Below, one piece after another: positions 1 through 11,940 of a stretch of 64,000 nucleotides of DNA (positions within the stretch are counted from its first letter, which is position 1; each line of letters begins with the position of its first letter). A model generated the notes under the pieces. It worked only from the letters and a program-made list of their open reading frames with translations, was not told where the DNA came from and searched no databases. The position numbers and the translations under genes are program-made. Location of the stretch: positions 82,508-146,507 of the forward strand of contig JAHIXK010000014.1 in NCBI GenBank assembly GCA_018815245.1, read 5' to 3'. This stretch comes from Gammaproteobacteria bacterium. Lineage in GTDB: Bacteria; Pseudomonadota; Gammaproteobacteria; Burkholderiales; Burkholderiaceae_B.

Positions 1-73
1 TTTGCGATTGTAGAAGTGTCAACTTGCAGCAAACTTACCCAATCACAGGCCCGAACATTTATTTTGTAGTCGT

Positions 74-841
74 TTAGCCCAAACGAGACATGAACAGTGA
101 CCTGACTTTTTCCAGATCCTGCACGGTGTCTACCCCGGGAAGCGGAGCATCCTGAATCATACACACTTTTATGCGAAAGCCATTGGCCAGCGCCCGGAGT
201 TGTTCAAGTGATTCAAGCACCTCAATGGCCGCTGGGGGCAGGGTTTGGTACTTTTTCAGAAAGCGGGCGCGGTAGGCATACAAGCCAATGTGGCGAATGC
301 CCAGTTGACCGGCAGGTGCACTGGCAGGCCAGCTTTCCGTGGTGTACGCATCTCGGGGAAAAGGAATGGGTGCGCGGGAAAAGTACAACGCTTCCCCGTC
401 TTCGCGCATTGCAATTTTTACGACATTCGGGTTTTTGAATTCTTCCCAGTTGTCAATTGCATGGCCGCAGGTCGCAATGTCTTGCTCGCCTGTCAGCAGG
501 GTATTCGCCACCAGATTGATCAAGGCAGGGTCAATCAACGGTTCGTCACCCTGTACATTCACCACCACGGTGTCGTCGGCCCAGCCCTTTTGATGAACCA
601 CCTCGGCAATTCGATCCGTGCCCGTGGGCCAGTCGCCGCGCGTCATCAACACCTGCAGGCCGTGGGCTTTACAGGCGGCTTCAATGTCCGCATGGTCGGT
701 GGCAACAAGCACTTCGTCTGCCCCTGATTGCATGGCCTGTTCTGCCACACGCACCACCATGGGTTTGCCCGCAATGTCCAACAGTGGTTTGCCAGGCAGG
801 CGCATGGATGCATGGCGGGCTGGAATAACGGCTTTAAACAT
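74..841 (-). CDS. kdsB: 3-deoxy-manno-octulosonate cytidylyltransferase
   Basis: N-terminal IPARHASMRLPGKPL, NVQGDEP and RHIGLYAY, LESLEQLRAL motifs; follows lpxK-ycaR. Confidence 0.96.
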   Translation of the reverse strand: MFKAVIPARHASMRLPGKPLLDIAGKPMVVRVAEQAMQSGADEVLVATDHADIEAACKAHGLQVLMTRGDWPTGTDRIAEVVHQKGWADDTVVVNVQGDEPLIDPALINLVANTLLTGEQDIATCGHAIDNWEEFKNPNVVKIAMREDGEALYFSRAPIPFPRDAYTTESWPASAPAGQLGIRHIGLYAYRARFLKKYQTLPPAAIEVLESLEQLRALANGFRIKVCMIQDAPLPGVDTVQDLEKVRSLFMSRLG

Positions 842-847
842 ATGGAT

Positions 848-1024
848 TTAGCTGTTGGGTGTTGTTGTGGGTTCCGCCTGCTCAACCAGCATGATGGGTA
901 TGCCGTCGCGTACGGGGAAGGCCAGTTTGTCGGCCTTGCACACCAAAAAACCATCAGCAGGGCGCTTTTCAAGCGGACCTTTGCAGATGGGGCAAACCAG
1001 AATGTCAATCAATTGTGGATCCAA
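848..1024 (-). CDS. ycaR: Trm112/YcaR family small protein (58 aa), absent from the supplied ORF track
   Basis: Hand-translated: TTG start after GAGGA; [20 protein letters not shown]...[24 protein letters not shown]; canonical position between lpxK and kdsB. Confidence 0.92.
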   Translation of the reverse strand: MDPQLIDILVCPICKGPLEKRPADGFLVCKADKLAFPVRDGIPIMLVEQAEPTTTPNS

Positions 1025-2075
1025 TGCAGTCCTCTAGGGCTTGGGTCAAGGCAGGTGGCAATTCAACGTTGATTTCGGCCACCCACACCTTGGGGTTCGA
1101 TGCGTTTAATTTTACGGCATCTTTGCCGCTTGTGATCAGAATTGGCTGATCGAACTGTGCGCAAAAGTCGATTGGGTAATTGTAATGGTCTGGCAGCCCG
1201 CGTTTTTCTTGCAATTCAATGCCTGTGGCCTGGATCGCCTTGAACAGTTTGTCCGGGTTTGCAATGCCTGTAAAAGCCAGCAGTGGCGTGTCTTTCCAGG
1301 CGGCAGTTGCTTGATTGGCTGACATGAATTGCCCGGTTTGCAGGTGGCGAAAACCTTGTAGCAGAACGCACGCCGCATGCCAGTTGTTTTGTGAAGGAAT
1401 GTGCAAAGCGGCACTTAATTGTTCAATTCCGATGTTGGAAGCCAATACTGCATCCACCGTGTTCAGGCGTGACAAAGGTTCTCGCAGGGGCCCGGCAGGC
1501 AGCAGCCTGCCGTTGCCTTTGGCGCGTTCATCGAACACGACCCATTCCAGTTGGCGCACAAGGCGGTGGTGTTGCAGACCATCGTCTGAAACAACCAGGT
1601 CCAGGTCAGGGAAGGCGCTGAGCAACGTGTCCAACGCTTTAGCCCGATCCGTGCAAACAGCCACTGGGCAGTGTGTTTCTGCACATAGAAAAAGGGGTTC
1701 ATCGCCCACCTCGCTGGCCTGTGGCAAAGGTTTGCCTGGGTCGATCAATACGGCGCGATTGCCTTTGCGACCATAGCCGCGGCTGACAATGCCCACCTTC
1801 TTGCCCACTGCAGAAAGATGCTGGCAGACAGCCATCACGATCGGGGTTTTGCCGGCACCGCCCGCAATCAAGTTGCCCACCACCAGGACTGGTGGATTGG
1901 TATTTCTTTTGCTGGAAAGGGTTTTGGCGTTTTGTCGACTCAACAGGCGCAAGCCTTTGTAAACATGTTCCAGAATGTTCAGGATGGTGTGCGTTGGCCA
2001 GCCAGGTTTGTAGCCGCCATACCAAATTTTCAGCAATGCCGTTTCAAGCCTGGCTTTGCGGTCGGGGCGGTTCAT
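1005..2075 (-). CDS. lpxK: tetraacyldisaccharide 4'-kinase
   Basis: [15 protein letters not shown]-loop, [24 protein letters not shown] motifs. Confidence 0.95.
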   Translation of the reverse strand: MNRPDRKARLETALLKIWYGGYKPGWPTHTILNILEHVYKGLRLLSRQNAKTLSSKRNTNPPVLVVGNLIAGGAGKTPIVMAVCQHLSAVGKKVGIVSRGYGRKGNRAVLIDPGKPLPQASEVGDEPLFLCAETHCPVAVCTDRAKALDTLLSAFPDLDLVVSDDGLQHHRLVRQLEWVVFDERAKGNGRLLPAGPLREPLSRLNTVDAVLASNIGIEQLSAALHIPSQNNWHAACVLLQGFRHLQTGQFMSANQATAAWKDTPLLAFTGIANPDKLFKAIQATGIELQEKRGLPDHYNYPIDFCAQFDQPILITSGKDAVKLNASNPKVWVAEINVELPPALTQALEDCIGSTID

Positions 2076-2500
2076 TTTGCCCTGCCACCCGCTGTGGCAA
2101 TGGATACCCGTGCCACGCCCAGCGAAGCCAGCATGTCCATGACCACGACAACAGATTGATGCGTGGCTGCCGCGTCTGCTTCAACAATGGCACGTTTTTC
2201 TTCACGGGCGTTGCCAGCCGAAATAACCTTGCTTAATTCGCGGCGCAATTGGGTTTCGTTCAAGATGCCCTGTGAACCAAGGGCATAGTTCCCATCGCGG
2301 CCAATGCGTATGCGTAGTGCCTCTGGTGGTGTGTCGTCTTCTTTGGCGCTTTGCGTGCCGGGCAGGTCTACTTCAAGCTGGCTTGGCTGCATGAAGGTGG
2401 TGGACACCACCAGAAAAATCACGATAACCAACAACACGTCAATCAGGGGAATCAGATTGATGTCGGGTGCCTCTGAGGCGCTGGTGCGTTTGATTCTCAA
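2072..2500 (-). CDS. exbD: ExbD/TolR family biopolymer transport protein
   Basis: INLIPLIDVLLVIVIF TM segment and C-terminal ADAAATHQSVVVVMD; TTG at 2500 has a GAGGA RBS (alternative TTG at 2515). Confidence 0.9.
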   Translation of the reverse strand: MRIKRTSASEAPDINLIPLIDVLLVIVIFLVVSTTFMQPSQLEVDLPGTQSAKEDDTPPEALRIRIGRDGNYALGSQGILNETQLRRELSKVISAGNAREEKRAIVEADAAATHQSVVVVMDMLASLGVARVSIATAGGRAK

Positions 2501-2511
2501 GGCAATGTTCC

Positions 2512-3129
2512 TCAACCAGCCTTGTGGTTATTGGTGACGTGTTGTTTCAGCAAATCTTCGAAAGGTTTCAAGGCTTCTCCCATGTCGTCCAGAATGTTGC
2601 TGATTCTGATTTTGAACAATCGGTAGGCCACCATTGCCGGAATGGCCACAATCAAACCAAAAGCAGTGTTGTACAGTGCAACGGCAATGCCAGCAGCAAT
2701 GGCCTCCGGCGTTTGGGCGCTTGATCCTTGAACTGCGAAAATTTCGATCATGCCGATCACTGTGCCCAATAGTCCCATCAAGGGGGCAGCACTTGCAATC
2801 ATCGACAGCACGTCCAGGTGCTTCTCCAGCGTGTTTTGCACGCCAATCGACTTGTCTTGCATGGCATGCTCGAAGTCTTCGTTTTTGTAGAAGGCTGCAA
2901 GGCCGGCGGCCATCAGCCCGCCCAGCGCGCTGTGCGATTCAAGCCGGGCAATGTTTTGCCGGTCTTTGAACTGGGGCAGGGTTTTGCACACATCGGCCAC
3001 CAGGTTGCCTGGTAACAGTTGATTTTTTCGAAGTGCCCAAATGCGTTCAAATACGATGGCTAATGCAACCACCGAGCCAAAAATCAAAGGCCAAATTGGC
3101 CAGCCCGCAGCGGAAATGATCGACCACAC
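2512..3129 (-). CDS. exbB: MotA/TolQ/ExbB proton channel family protein
   Basis: APLMGLLGTVIGMI and GIAVALYNTAFGL helices; GTG start after AGGAG. Confidence 0.9.
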   Translation of the reverse strand: MWSIISAAGWPIWPLIFGSVVALAIVFERIWALRKNQLLPGNLVADVCKTLPQFKDRQNIARLESHSALGGLMAAGLAAFYKNEDFEHAMQDKSIGVQNTLEKHLDVLSMIASAAPLMGLLGTVIGMIEIFAVQGSSAQTPEAIAAGIAVALYNTAFGLIVAIPAMVAYRLFKIRISNILDDMGEALKPFEDLLKQHVTNNHKAG

Positions 3130-3214
3130 AGTAGACTCCTATTGAACAAGACACGGACTCTAGCGAAAAAATCAACATTACACAAATTGCTTTCTTTGTG
3201 CGGCTTGCGGTCAT

Positions 3215-3397
3215 TGTGGATAACTTTGGGGAAAAAGCCCTTGTTTTATTCAGGAATCAACAAGTTTTTTGAATAATGAACTTTTTATGTTGTGTATTTG
3301 TGTATTTTTTCTCAATAAAATCATGTGGTTGTTTGAATTTTCCTGTGTTTCGGGCTTGTTGTGCCGAAGTTGGATTTTTGTTGGTTGCTGTGGAAAT
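3215..3397. promoter_or_regulatory. cluster of DnaA boxes with two IHF-like sites in an AT-rich divergent intergenic region
   Basis: Perfect TGTGGATAA at 3215-3223; TTTGAATAA at 3268-3276 (1 mismatch to TGTGNATAA); 2-mismatch boxes at 3227, 3246, 3291, 3299 and 3389; one-mismatch matches to WATCAANNNNTTR at 3255-3267 and 3319-3331. Confidence 0.6.
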
Positions 3398-3428
3398 GTG
3401 TCAAGAAATCCCCCGGTGTAGGTCATAA

Positions 3429-4799
3429 ATGATTGACTTCAAAACAGTTTTTTCTGTAAGCCAGTTCGCTCGCTTGCTGAATGATCACTTTCGAACCCAG
3501 TTCAGCGCCATGCGAATTCAGGGTGAAGTGGCCGCTTTCACCAAGGCATCCTCTGGGCATTGGTACTTGGCTTTGAAAGATGAGTCAGCCCAGTTGAAGG
3601 CGGTCATGTTTCGCCAACGCAATGTTTTGGCTGGTTTTTTGCCTGCTGTGGGTGACAAAGTCGAGGTGCTGGCCCAGCTCGCCATGTACGAACAGCGCGG
3701 CGAGCTACAGTTAATTGTCGACGTGATTAAAAAAGCGGGGCAGGGCAATCTTCACGAGCAGTATTTGCAGTTGAAGGCGAAGCTGGCCCAGGAAGGACTG
3801 TTTGATTTGGTCCGCAAGAAGGCGCTGCCCTCAGTGGTGTTCAATCTTGGCGTTGTAACTTCCCAGCAGGCCGCAGCCCTGGCCGATGTAAAGCAGGCAT
3901 TGGCCCGGCGAGCGCCCCATGTTCAGTACACCGTTTACCACACGGCCGTGCAGGGCGTGCAAGCTGCGGCCCAAATTATTGAGGCCCTGTGCAAAGCCGA
4001 TGAGGCTGGGCACGAGGCCATTGTTTTGTGTCGCGGCGGCGGTAGCCTGGAAGACCTGTGGAGCTTTAATATTGAAGCGGTGGTCAGGGCGGTTGCGGCT
4101 TGTAAAACGCCGATTGTGGTGGGCGTAGGGCATGAATCCGATGTTACTTTGGCCGAATTCGCGGCCGATTTGAGGGCTGCTACACCCACCGCAGCGGCAG
4201 AACTGATCAGCAGGCCAACCCGTGAACTGCTGGCTGATATTCATGGCTTGCACAGCGATTTGCGCCGCGCCTTGCGTCACCGCGCCCAGTCCCTTGTGCA
4301 ACAGCTTGACCGGGCTGAGTTGGGTTTGATCACGCCAACCGCCTACGTCAATTCGCTTCAGGCAAGATTGACCCACGCGGTTATTCGACTGCCGGGTGTG
4401 GCTCGGCGACATATTGCTCAACAGACAGATGGGCTTGCCAGGCTGGGGCAGCATTTGATCGACGACCTGGGGGCGGCCCAAACCCAGGCAAACCGGACTG
4501 TCCAGTTGTTGGGGCAAGGCTTGCAGGCAGCACAATCCAGGCGCATGTCGAGTGTTGATGGAAATTTGCAGCGGTTGGGTTCTGTGATTGAAGCGATGTC
4601 TCCCCAGCGCACGCTGGAACGTGGCTATGCTTTTTTACAACCCGGGCACGGCGGCGATGCCGTGATTCGTTCCGTGCAGCAGGTTCAGCCGGGTGATGGT
4701 GTTCGTGCCACATTGGCCGACGGTGAAATTTTGATGAATGTTCGTGAGAAAACAAGCGTGCACGGGCTTGCCAACATGGACGACAGCAAATCAAGATAG
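3429..4799 (+). CDS. xseA: exodeoxyribonuclease VII large subunit
   Basis: SGHWYLALKD OB-fold, RGGGSLEDLWSF, GVGHESDVTL, AATPTAAAE, PQRTLERGYA. Confidence 0.96.
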   Translation: MIDFKTVFSVSQFARLLNDHFRTQFSAMRIQGEVAAFTKASSGHWYLALKDESAQLKAVMFRQRNVLAGFLPAVGDKVEVLAQLAMYEQRGELQLIVDVIKKAGQGNLHEQYLQLKAKLAQEGLFDLVRKKALPSVVFNLGVVTSQQAAALADVKQALARRAPHVQYTVYHTAVQGVQAAAQIIEALCKADEAGHEAIVLCRGGGSLEDLWSFNIEAVVRAVAACKTPIVVGVGHESDVTLAEFAADLRAATPTAAAELISRPTRELLADIHGLHSDLRRALRHRAQSLVQQLDRAELGLITPTAYVNSLQARLTHAVIRLPGVARRHIAQQTDGLARLGQHLIDDLGAAQTQANRTVQLLGQGLQAAQSRRMSSVDGNLQRLGSVIEAMSPQRTLERGYAFLQPGHGGDAVIRSVQQVQPGDGVRATLADGEILMNVREKTSVHGLANMDDSKSR

Positions 4800-4874
4800 A
4801 ATTGAAGGGTTGAATTGCTGGGGTTTGGCCTCAGCTACAGTTTTCGTGATGATTGAGTGAGAGAGGATAATCAA

Positions 4875-5456
4875 ATGCAACACACACTGCCCGAATTGCC
4901 ATACGCCATGGACGCCCTGGCTCCACACATTTCCCAGGAAACACTGGAATACCACTACGGCAAGCACCATGCAACCTACGTGACCAACCTGAACAATTTG
5001 ATCAAGGGCACCGAGTTCGAAAACTCAAGCCTGGAAGAGATTGTCAAGAAGTCCACTGGCGGCGTGTTCAACAACGCGGCCCAGATCTGGAACCACACTT
5101 TTTACTGGAACAGCCTGTCTCCCAATGGCGGTGGTGAACCCACTGGTAAGTTGGCCGAGGCAATCAATGCCAAGTTCGGTAGCTTTGATGCATTTAAAGA
5201 CGCATTCACGAAAAGCGCAATTGGCAACTTCGGCTCCAGCTGGACATGGCTGGTCAAGAAGTCCGATGGTTCAGTTGACATCGCGAACACCAGCAATGCA
5301 GCAACGCCATTGACCACCCAGGACAAGCCACTGTTGACCTGCGACCTGTGGGAACATGCCTACTACATTGATTACCGCAATGCCCGCCCCAAGTACCTCG
5401 AAACTTTCTGGAACCTGGTGAACTGGTCATTTGCATCGTCAAACTTCGAAGGCTGA
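4875..5456 (+). CDS. sodB: superoxide dismutase [Fe]
   Basis: [18 protein letters not shown] (Fe-type), [11 protein letters not shown]; ATG at 4875 after GAGGA. Confidence 0.95.
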   Translation: MQHTLPELPYAMDALAPHISQETLEYHYGKHHATYVTNLNNLIKGTEFENSSLEEIVKKSTGGVFNNAAQIWNHTFYWNSLSPNGGGEPTGKLAEAINAKFGSFDAFKDAFTKSAIGNFGSSWTWLVKKSDGSVDIANTSNAATPLTTQDKPLLTCDLWEHAYYIDYRNARPKYLETFWNLVNWSFASSNFEG

Positions 5457-5474
5457 TCGCTTTCTGGTTTAAGT

Positions 5475-5527
5475 AAAAAAACCGACCCCAATTTGCGCAC
5501 TGTGTGCATCAAAGGGTCGGTTTTTTT
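5475..5527. terminator. bidirectional intrinsic terminator between sodB and the DUF192 gene
   Basis: A7-CCGACCC...GGGTCGG-T7 with additional inner pairing (TTTG/CAAA, GCAC/GTGC). Confidence 0.8.
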
Positions 5528-6017
5528 ATTGCTGCGCCTGCAGGGTTGACTCAGGCACGCGCATCACATGGCCTTCACCAAGGCCACGCCTTGCAAACCA
5601 GTTCAGGTTCATCTCTAGCGCCAGCTTAGCATTGCCTTTGGAGCAATGAATGTCTGCTGTGCCTGCTTTCATCTGTGCCACATTCAAAATTTTCCCCGAT
5701 TCATCCGCAAAAGCCACGTCCAGGTCAATCAGCGTGTTTTTCATCCACATGCACTGGGTTTCGCTGCGCTTGAATACAAACAGCATGCCATCGTCTTTTC
5801 CCAAACTTTCGCGGTTCATCATCCCGATCTGCCGGCTTGTGTCTGTATTGGCCACCTCGGCGATTACTCGCGTGGCCTCCAGCTGAATTTCGATTTTGGG
5901 CAGTTCGGCCTGCGCCGGATCAGCTGCACTGGATGCGCACGCTGCCAAGCCCAGCGTGGCGCCGAGCACACTGACGGTCAGTGTGGAGATAGAATTTTTG
6001 ATACGATGAAAGTGCAT
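5526..6017 (-). CDS. DUF192 family lipoprotein
   Basis: GMMNRESL...GMLFVF, CMWMKNTLIDLDVAF, ALEMN motifs; lipobox LAAC at residue 27. Confidence 0.85.
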   Translation of the reverse strand: MHFHRIKNSISTLTVSVLGATLGLAACASSAADPAQAELPKIEIQLEATRVIAEVANTDTSRQIGMMNRESLGKDDGMLFVFKRSETQCMWMKNTLIDLDVAFADESGKILNVAQMKAGTADIHCSKGNAKLALEMNLNWFARRGLGEGHVMRVPESTLQAQQ

Positions 6018-6178
6018 GAAATCAAAGTCCTGTCAGAGATCTGAAAGAAGATGGCGTTATTATACGGCTTGGCGCAATAAGGAACGTGATTTCATATTGC
6101 GAAATAATTGAGATTTTCGTATTGGGGGAATACACTAGAATGTTCCCTCTAACACACCAGAGAAGCAGCGGAGAGACC

Positions 6179-7426
<1,248 letters not shown>

Positions 7427-7447
7427 ACCGGTTTAAGTGACAGGCAA

Positions 7448-7478
7448 GAAAAAAGCCGGCTTGGGGCCGGCTTTTTTC
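7448..7478. terminator. bidirectional intrinsic terminator (icd / cspD)
   Basis: GAAAAAAGCCGGC-TTGGG-GCCGGCTTTTTTC perfect inverted repeat. Confidence 0.88.
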
Positions 7479-7506
7479 TTAATCGGTGGTTTGATTATTT
7501 TACTTG

Positions 7507-7728
7507 TCAGGCGGCGCTGGTTGCGTCCATCACAGATATGTTCTGAGCCTGCTTACCTTTTGGTCCATCCACCACTTCAAAGGTCACTTTCTGTCCTTCT
7601 TTAAGTGTGCGGAATCCAGATGCCTGGATTGCTGAAAAGTGGGCAAACAGTTCATCACTTCCTTCATCAGGCGTGATAAAACCAAAACCCTTTGCATCAT
7701 TGAACCATTTTACGGTGCCGGTCGCCAT
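7507..7728 (-). CDS. cspD: cold-shock domain protein, CspD-like (73 aa)
   Basis: [18 protein letters not shown] (RNP1), LFAHFSAI (RNP2); GGAGG RBS; divergent from clpS as is typical of cspD. Confidence 0.85.
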   Translation of the reverse strand: MATGTVKWFNDAKGFGFITPDEGSDELFAHFSAIQASGFRTLKEGQKVTFEVVDGPKGKQAQNISVMDATSAA

Positions 7729-8091
7729 CGCGAAACCTCCTTCAAAAAACGATACTTCGATCGGAACGCAAGAACTTTCCGACAACTCACCGGTCGTAAC
7801 CAGCTTAACTACTATTCTTTGGCCTGTTTGGGTTGTGGTCAACCATACAATAGATACATTTTTTCAGGGTTTACCCCTTGTGATAGGCGATGTTTGTCCA
7901 TATCTGGAATATTCAGGCTTTTCGGGTGATTGACCCGGGCTTGAATCAATTGCAAATTGCTCGTTGGGTTTGCACAATTTTAAGGCCGGGATTGATTGAA
8001 TTTTCAGGAAAAATTTCTAGCCTTGAATAAAGGCGGTGTATTGCTCTCTTATCCTTGTTGCGTGCCCCTTGGAAGTGATTACAATGAAGTC

Positions 8092-8400
8092 ATGAGTTCG
8101 CAAAACAGTCCATCAACAGTTGTAGAGTCGCAGGCGCAAAAAGCGAAGCTGCCCCCGATGTATCAAGTCGTACTTTTGAACGATGACTACACCCCCATGG
8201 AGTTCGTCGTGATTGTTTTGCAGAAGTTTTTTGGAAAGGGAAGGGAACAGGCCACCCAGATCATGCTGAAAGTGCATCGTGAAGGAAAAGGGGTCTGTGG
8301 GGTATATCCCAAAGACATCGCCTCGACAAAGGTCGAAATGGTATGCGGTTTCGCAAAGCAGCATCAACACCCGCTGCAGTGCGTGATGGAGGAAACATGA
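8092..8400 (+). CDS. clpS: ATP-dependent Clp protease adaptor
   Basis: [32 protein letters not shown]; ATGA overlap with clpA. Confidence 0.95.
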   Translation: MSSQNSPSTVVESQAQKAKLPPMYQVVLLNDDYTPMEFVVIVLQKFFGKGREQATQIMLKVHREGKGVCGVYPKDIASTKVEMVCGFAKQHQHPLQCVMEET

Positions 8401-10721
8401 TTGCGCAAGAATTGGAAGTAAGTTTGCACATGGCATTTGTTGACGCACGTCAGCAAAAGCATGAATTCATCACTGTAGAGCATTTGCTACTGGCCTTGCT
8501 GGACAATCCGTCGGCGGCTGAAGTGTTGCGTTCCTGTTCCTGCGATGTCGAAGAGATTCGCAAGAACTTGCAAAACTTCATTAAAGACAACACCCCTGTG
8601 GTGTCGGGTCAGGATGAAGTGGATACGCAGCCCACGCTAGGTTTCCAGCGCGTGATTCAGCGCGCCATCATGCACGTGCAAAGCACTTCGAATGGCAAAA
8701 AGGAAGTGACCGGTGCGAACGTGCTGGTTGCGATTTTCGGCGAAAAGGATTCCCATGCTGTGTATTACCTGCACCAGCAGGGTATTACACGCCTGGACGT
8801 GGTGAATTACATCTCCCACGGTATTACCAAAACACCACAGGCGCCCGCACCAAAGCCCGACAATGCTCAGAATGAGAGTCCGGAACAGGAAGCGGAGACC
8901 GCACAAGCTGTCGGCGACAAGCAGTCGCCTTTGGATCAGTACACCCAAAACCTGAATGTCCTGGCCAAGGAAGGCAAAATTGATCCCCTGATTGGTCGCG
9001 AACAGGAAGTTGAGCGCGTTATTCAGGTGCTGTGCCGCCGCCGCAAGAACAACCCGCTGTTGGTGGGTGAAGCTGGCGTGGGAAAAACTGCAATTGCTGA
9101 AGGCCTGGCCTGGCGGATTGTGCAAGGCGATGTGCCCGAAATCTTGAGCTCGGCCCAAGTGCATTCTCTGGACATGGGCGCCTTGCTGGCTGGTACCAAG
9201 TACCGCGGTGATTTTGAACAACGCTTGAAAGCTGTGCTGAAGCAGCTTAAAGCCAATCCCGATTCCGTGTTGTTTATTGATGAAATCCACACTTTGATTG
9301 GTGCGGGCTCGGCTTCGGGCGGCACGCTGGATGCATCCAATTTGCTGAAGCCTGCTTTGTCCTCGGGTCAGTTGAAATGCATTGGTGCAACCACCTTCAC
9401 GGAATACCGTGGCATTTTCGAGAAAGACCATGCGCTTTCCCGCCGATTCCAGAAAATTGATGTGTCTGAGCCTACAGTGGAACAAACCATTGAAATTCTG
9501 CGCGGCCTGAAAAGCCGCTTTGAAGACCACCATGGCGTGAAATATTCCAGCGCAGCGATTTCTGCTGCTGCGGAATTGTCAGCCAAGTTCATCAACGACC
9601 GCCATTTGCCAGACAAGGCCATCGACGTGATCGACGAAGCCGGTGCTGCGCAGCGCATTTTGCCGAAAAGCAAACAGCGCAAAACCATTACCAAAGGCGA
9701 CATTGAAGACATCGTCTCGAAGATTGCCCGTATTCCGCCTCAGTCGGTCAACACCGATGACCGAAACAAGCTGGCCACGCTAGACCGCGATCTGAAAGCC
9801 ACTGTGTTTGGTCAAGACCCGGCCATTGATGCACTGGCCAACGCGATCAAAATGTCCCGTGCGGGTTTGGGCAAGGCCGACAAGCCGATTGGTTCATTCC
9901 TGTTCAGCGGCCCCACGGGTGTTGGCAAAACCGAGGTGGCCAAGCAGTTGGCCTTTGTTCTGGGCATTGAAATGCTGCGCTTTGACATGTCGGAATACAT
10001 GGAGCGCCATGCTGTGTCTCGTCTGATTGGCGCGCCCCCCGGGTATGTGGGTTTTGACCAGGGCGGTTTACTGACCGAGGCCATTACCAAAAAGCCACAT
10101 TGTGTGCTGCTGCTTGACGAGATTGAAAAGGCGCACCCGGATGTATTCAATATTCTGTTGCAGGTGATGGACAATGGCACGCTGACCGACAACAACGGCC
10201 GCAAAGCTGATTTCCGCAACGTGATCATCATCATGACCACCAACGCGGGTGCAGAGGCCTTGACCAAGCGTGGTATAGGCTTCATGGAGTCGAAGGTGCA
10301 GGGCGACGAGATGGAAGACATCAAGCGCATGTTCAGCCCCGAATTCCGCAACCGTCTGGATTCAGTGATTTCCTTCCGTGCGCTGGATGAAGAAATTATT
10401 CTGCGTGTGGTCGACAAGTTCCTGATGGAACTTGAAGAGCAGTTGCACCAGAAGAAGGTTGAGGCCGTGTTCACAGACGATTTGCGCCAGCACTTGGCCA
10501 AAAAAGGTTTTGATCCTCTGATGGGCGCGCGCCCAATGCAACGCCTGATTCAAGACACCATTCGCAAGGCTTTGGCTGATGAGTTGCTGTTTGGCAAATT
10601 GGTCAATGGTGGCAAGGTGACTGTGGATCTTGATGCTGAGAAAACTGAGGTGACCTTGACCTTTGACGATGGCGTCACAGGGCAAGAGTCTGAAAGCGGT
10701 ACCGAAGTGGCGGTTGATTAA
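8397..10721 (+). CDS. clpA: ATP-dependent Clp protease ATP-binding subunit
   Basis: Two AAA+ modules ([16 protein letters not shown]), [11 protein letters not shown]-domain, IG(A)PPGYVG loop. Confidence 0.97.
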   Translation: MIAQELEVSLHMAFVDARQQKHEFITVEHLLLALLDNPSAAEVLRSCSCDVEEIRKNLQNFIKDNTPVVSGQDEVDTQPTLGFQRVIQRAIMHVQSTSNGKKEVTGANVLVAIFGEKDSHAVYYLHQQGITRLDVVNYISHGITKTPQAPAPKPDNAQNESPEQEAETAQAVGDKQSPLDQYTQNLNVLAKEGKIDPLIGREQEVERVIQVLCRRRKNNPLLVGEAGVGKTAIAEGLAWRIVQGDVPEILSSAQVHSLDMGALLAGTKYRGDFEQRLKAVLKQLKANPDSVLFIDEIHTLIGAGSASGGTLDASNLLKPALSSGQLKCIGATTFTEYRGIFEKDHALSRRFQKIDVSEPTVEQTIEILRGLKSRFEDHHGVKYSSAAISAAAELSAKFINDRHLPDKAIDVIDEAGAAQRILPKSKQRKTITKGDIEDIVSKIARIPPQSVNTDDRNKLATLDRDLKATVFGQDPAIDALANAIKMSRAGLGKADKPIGSFLFSGPTGVGKTEVAKQLAFVLGIEMLRFDMSEYMERHAVSRLIGAPPGYVGFDQGGLLTEAITKKPHCVLLLDEIEKAHPDVFNILLQVMDNGTLTDNNGRKADFRNVIIIMTTNAGAEALTKRGIGFMESKVQGDEMEDIKRMFSPEFRNRLDSVISFRALDEEIILRVVDKFLMELEEQLHQKKVEAVFTDDLRQHLAKKGFDPLMGARPMQRLIQDTIRKALADELLFGKLVNGGKVTVDLDAEKTEVTLTFDDGVTGQESESGTEVAVD

Positions 10722-10729
10722 GCACCAAA

Positions 10730-11881
10730 TTAAGCGCCAACACTTCCCAGGCAACTTCGGTTTCGTCCATTGTGCTTGGCTTGATACAGCGCCTGGTCTG
10801 CAATGGCCATGGTGCGGTCAATGCTCTCCGTGTGTGTGATGTTGCAGATACCTGCTGAAAACCCAACCTGGCAGGTGTTGGCCAGCCGAATTCGATCCAC
10901 GATGCGTTGTGCATCGTGGGCCGTGCAGTTGGGCAATAACACCGCAAATTCCTCGCCCCCAATTCGGGCAATCAAATCGCCTGGCCGAAAATTTGTTCTC
11001 AGTGTCTCAGCGAATTCGCGCAGGCGGACATCACCGGCCTCGTGACCATAGGTGTCGTTGTACTGCTTGAAGTAATCAATGTCGATCATCGCCACACTGC
11101 CTTGTAAATTGTTTTGGCGCTGCATTTTTCGCAAGTAAGAGCCTGTCATGTCTTGCCAGCCCCGCAGGTTCAGAAGGCCTGTGAGTGTATCAGTTCTGGC
11201 CTGATTGCCAAGGTGAAGCAATTCATTGGCAAATCGCTGCCGCAGCCTGGATTGGCGCCAAAGGGTCAAGCTGACAAAACCAACGGAAAAAAACAGGACA
11301 ATCAGCGTCAGGATCAGGTTGTTGCGCTGAAGGGTGTTGACTTTTTCGTCAGCGGCCAATGCACTGTTTTTCATCGCGCTGTTGAGCAAACTCAATTCAA
11401 TAAACCATTGATCCATGGTTCTCGGGTCAGCCTGCCGTGGATTGTTGATCAGCTCATCAATCGCAATTAAATGCTTGCGCAAGGCACGTGCGTGTTCAAC
11501 CATGTTGCTGGGTTCATTGATGGCTTCAATCACGGCCAATCTCGCTGCAAGCTGGTTCAGCAGTTCCTGGGGGGAGCTGTAACCTCGGGTTTCGAGGCCC
11601 AGTTTTGTTTCGTATGCGTGCTGATTGCCCAAGTGGCGCAGCGCGGTGCTTTGTACAATGAGGTCTTGCAGGGACACTTCCAGCAAACGCCTTTTGGCCA
11701 TATCACCTTGAATCTGAAGTGCCTGATTGTAGTTAAACACCGCGACCAGCGCCAACATGGCACAAAGGCCCACCCAGAAATAGCGAAGGGTTTTTTCAGA
11801 ACAGGGGCGAATCTGCGTGAGCAAATACTTCCGCAGAGCATACCTTGCGGGCACATGTGGCTCGCCAACCCCTGAGTTCAT
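10730..11881 (-). CDS. membrane-anchored diguanylate cyclase (2 TM + extracytoplasmic domain + GGDEF)
   Basis: DTLTGLLN, IDIDYFKQYNDTYGHEAGD, RPGD I-site five residues before GGEEF, ADQALYQAK. Confidence 0.9.
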   Translation of the reverse strand: MNSGVGEPHVPARYALRKYLLTQIRPCSEKTLRYFWVGLCAMLALVAVFNYNQALQIQGDMAKRRLLEVSLQDLIVQSTALRHLGNQHAYETKLGLETRGYSSPQELLNQLAARLAVIEAINEPSNMVEHARALRKHLIAIDELINNPRQADPRTMDQWFIELSLLNSAMKNSALAADEKVNTLQRNNLILTLIVLFFSVGFVSLTLWRQSRLRQRFANELLHLGNQARTDTLTGLLNLRGWQDMTGSYLRKMQRQNNLQGSVAMIDIDYFKQYNDTYGHEAGDVRLREFAETLRTNFRPGDLIARIGGEEFAVLLPNCTAHDAQRIVDRIRLANTCQVGFSAGICNITHTESIDRTMAIADQALYQAKHNGRNRSCLGSVGA

Positions 11882-11940
11882 TGCATTCCTTGATGTATTT
11901 ACAATGCAATTCAGTGGTCGGGAATGCGCAATAGGTTCCC

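Noticed and set aside
3130-3428. Chromosomal oriC
   Set aside because: No dnaA, dnaN, gidA or parAB nearby, no clear DUE 13-mer array or GATC cluster, and only one perfect box; kept as a datA/DARS-like candidate instead.
7940-8050. Sigma-32 promoter for clpS-clpA (CTTGAA at two positions)
   Set aside because: No CCCCAT-like -10 element at the required spacing.
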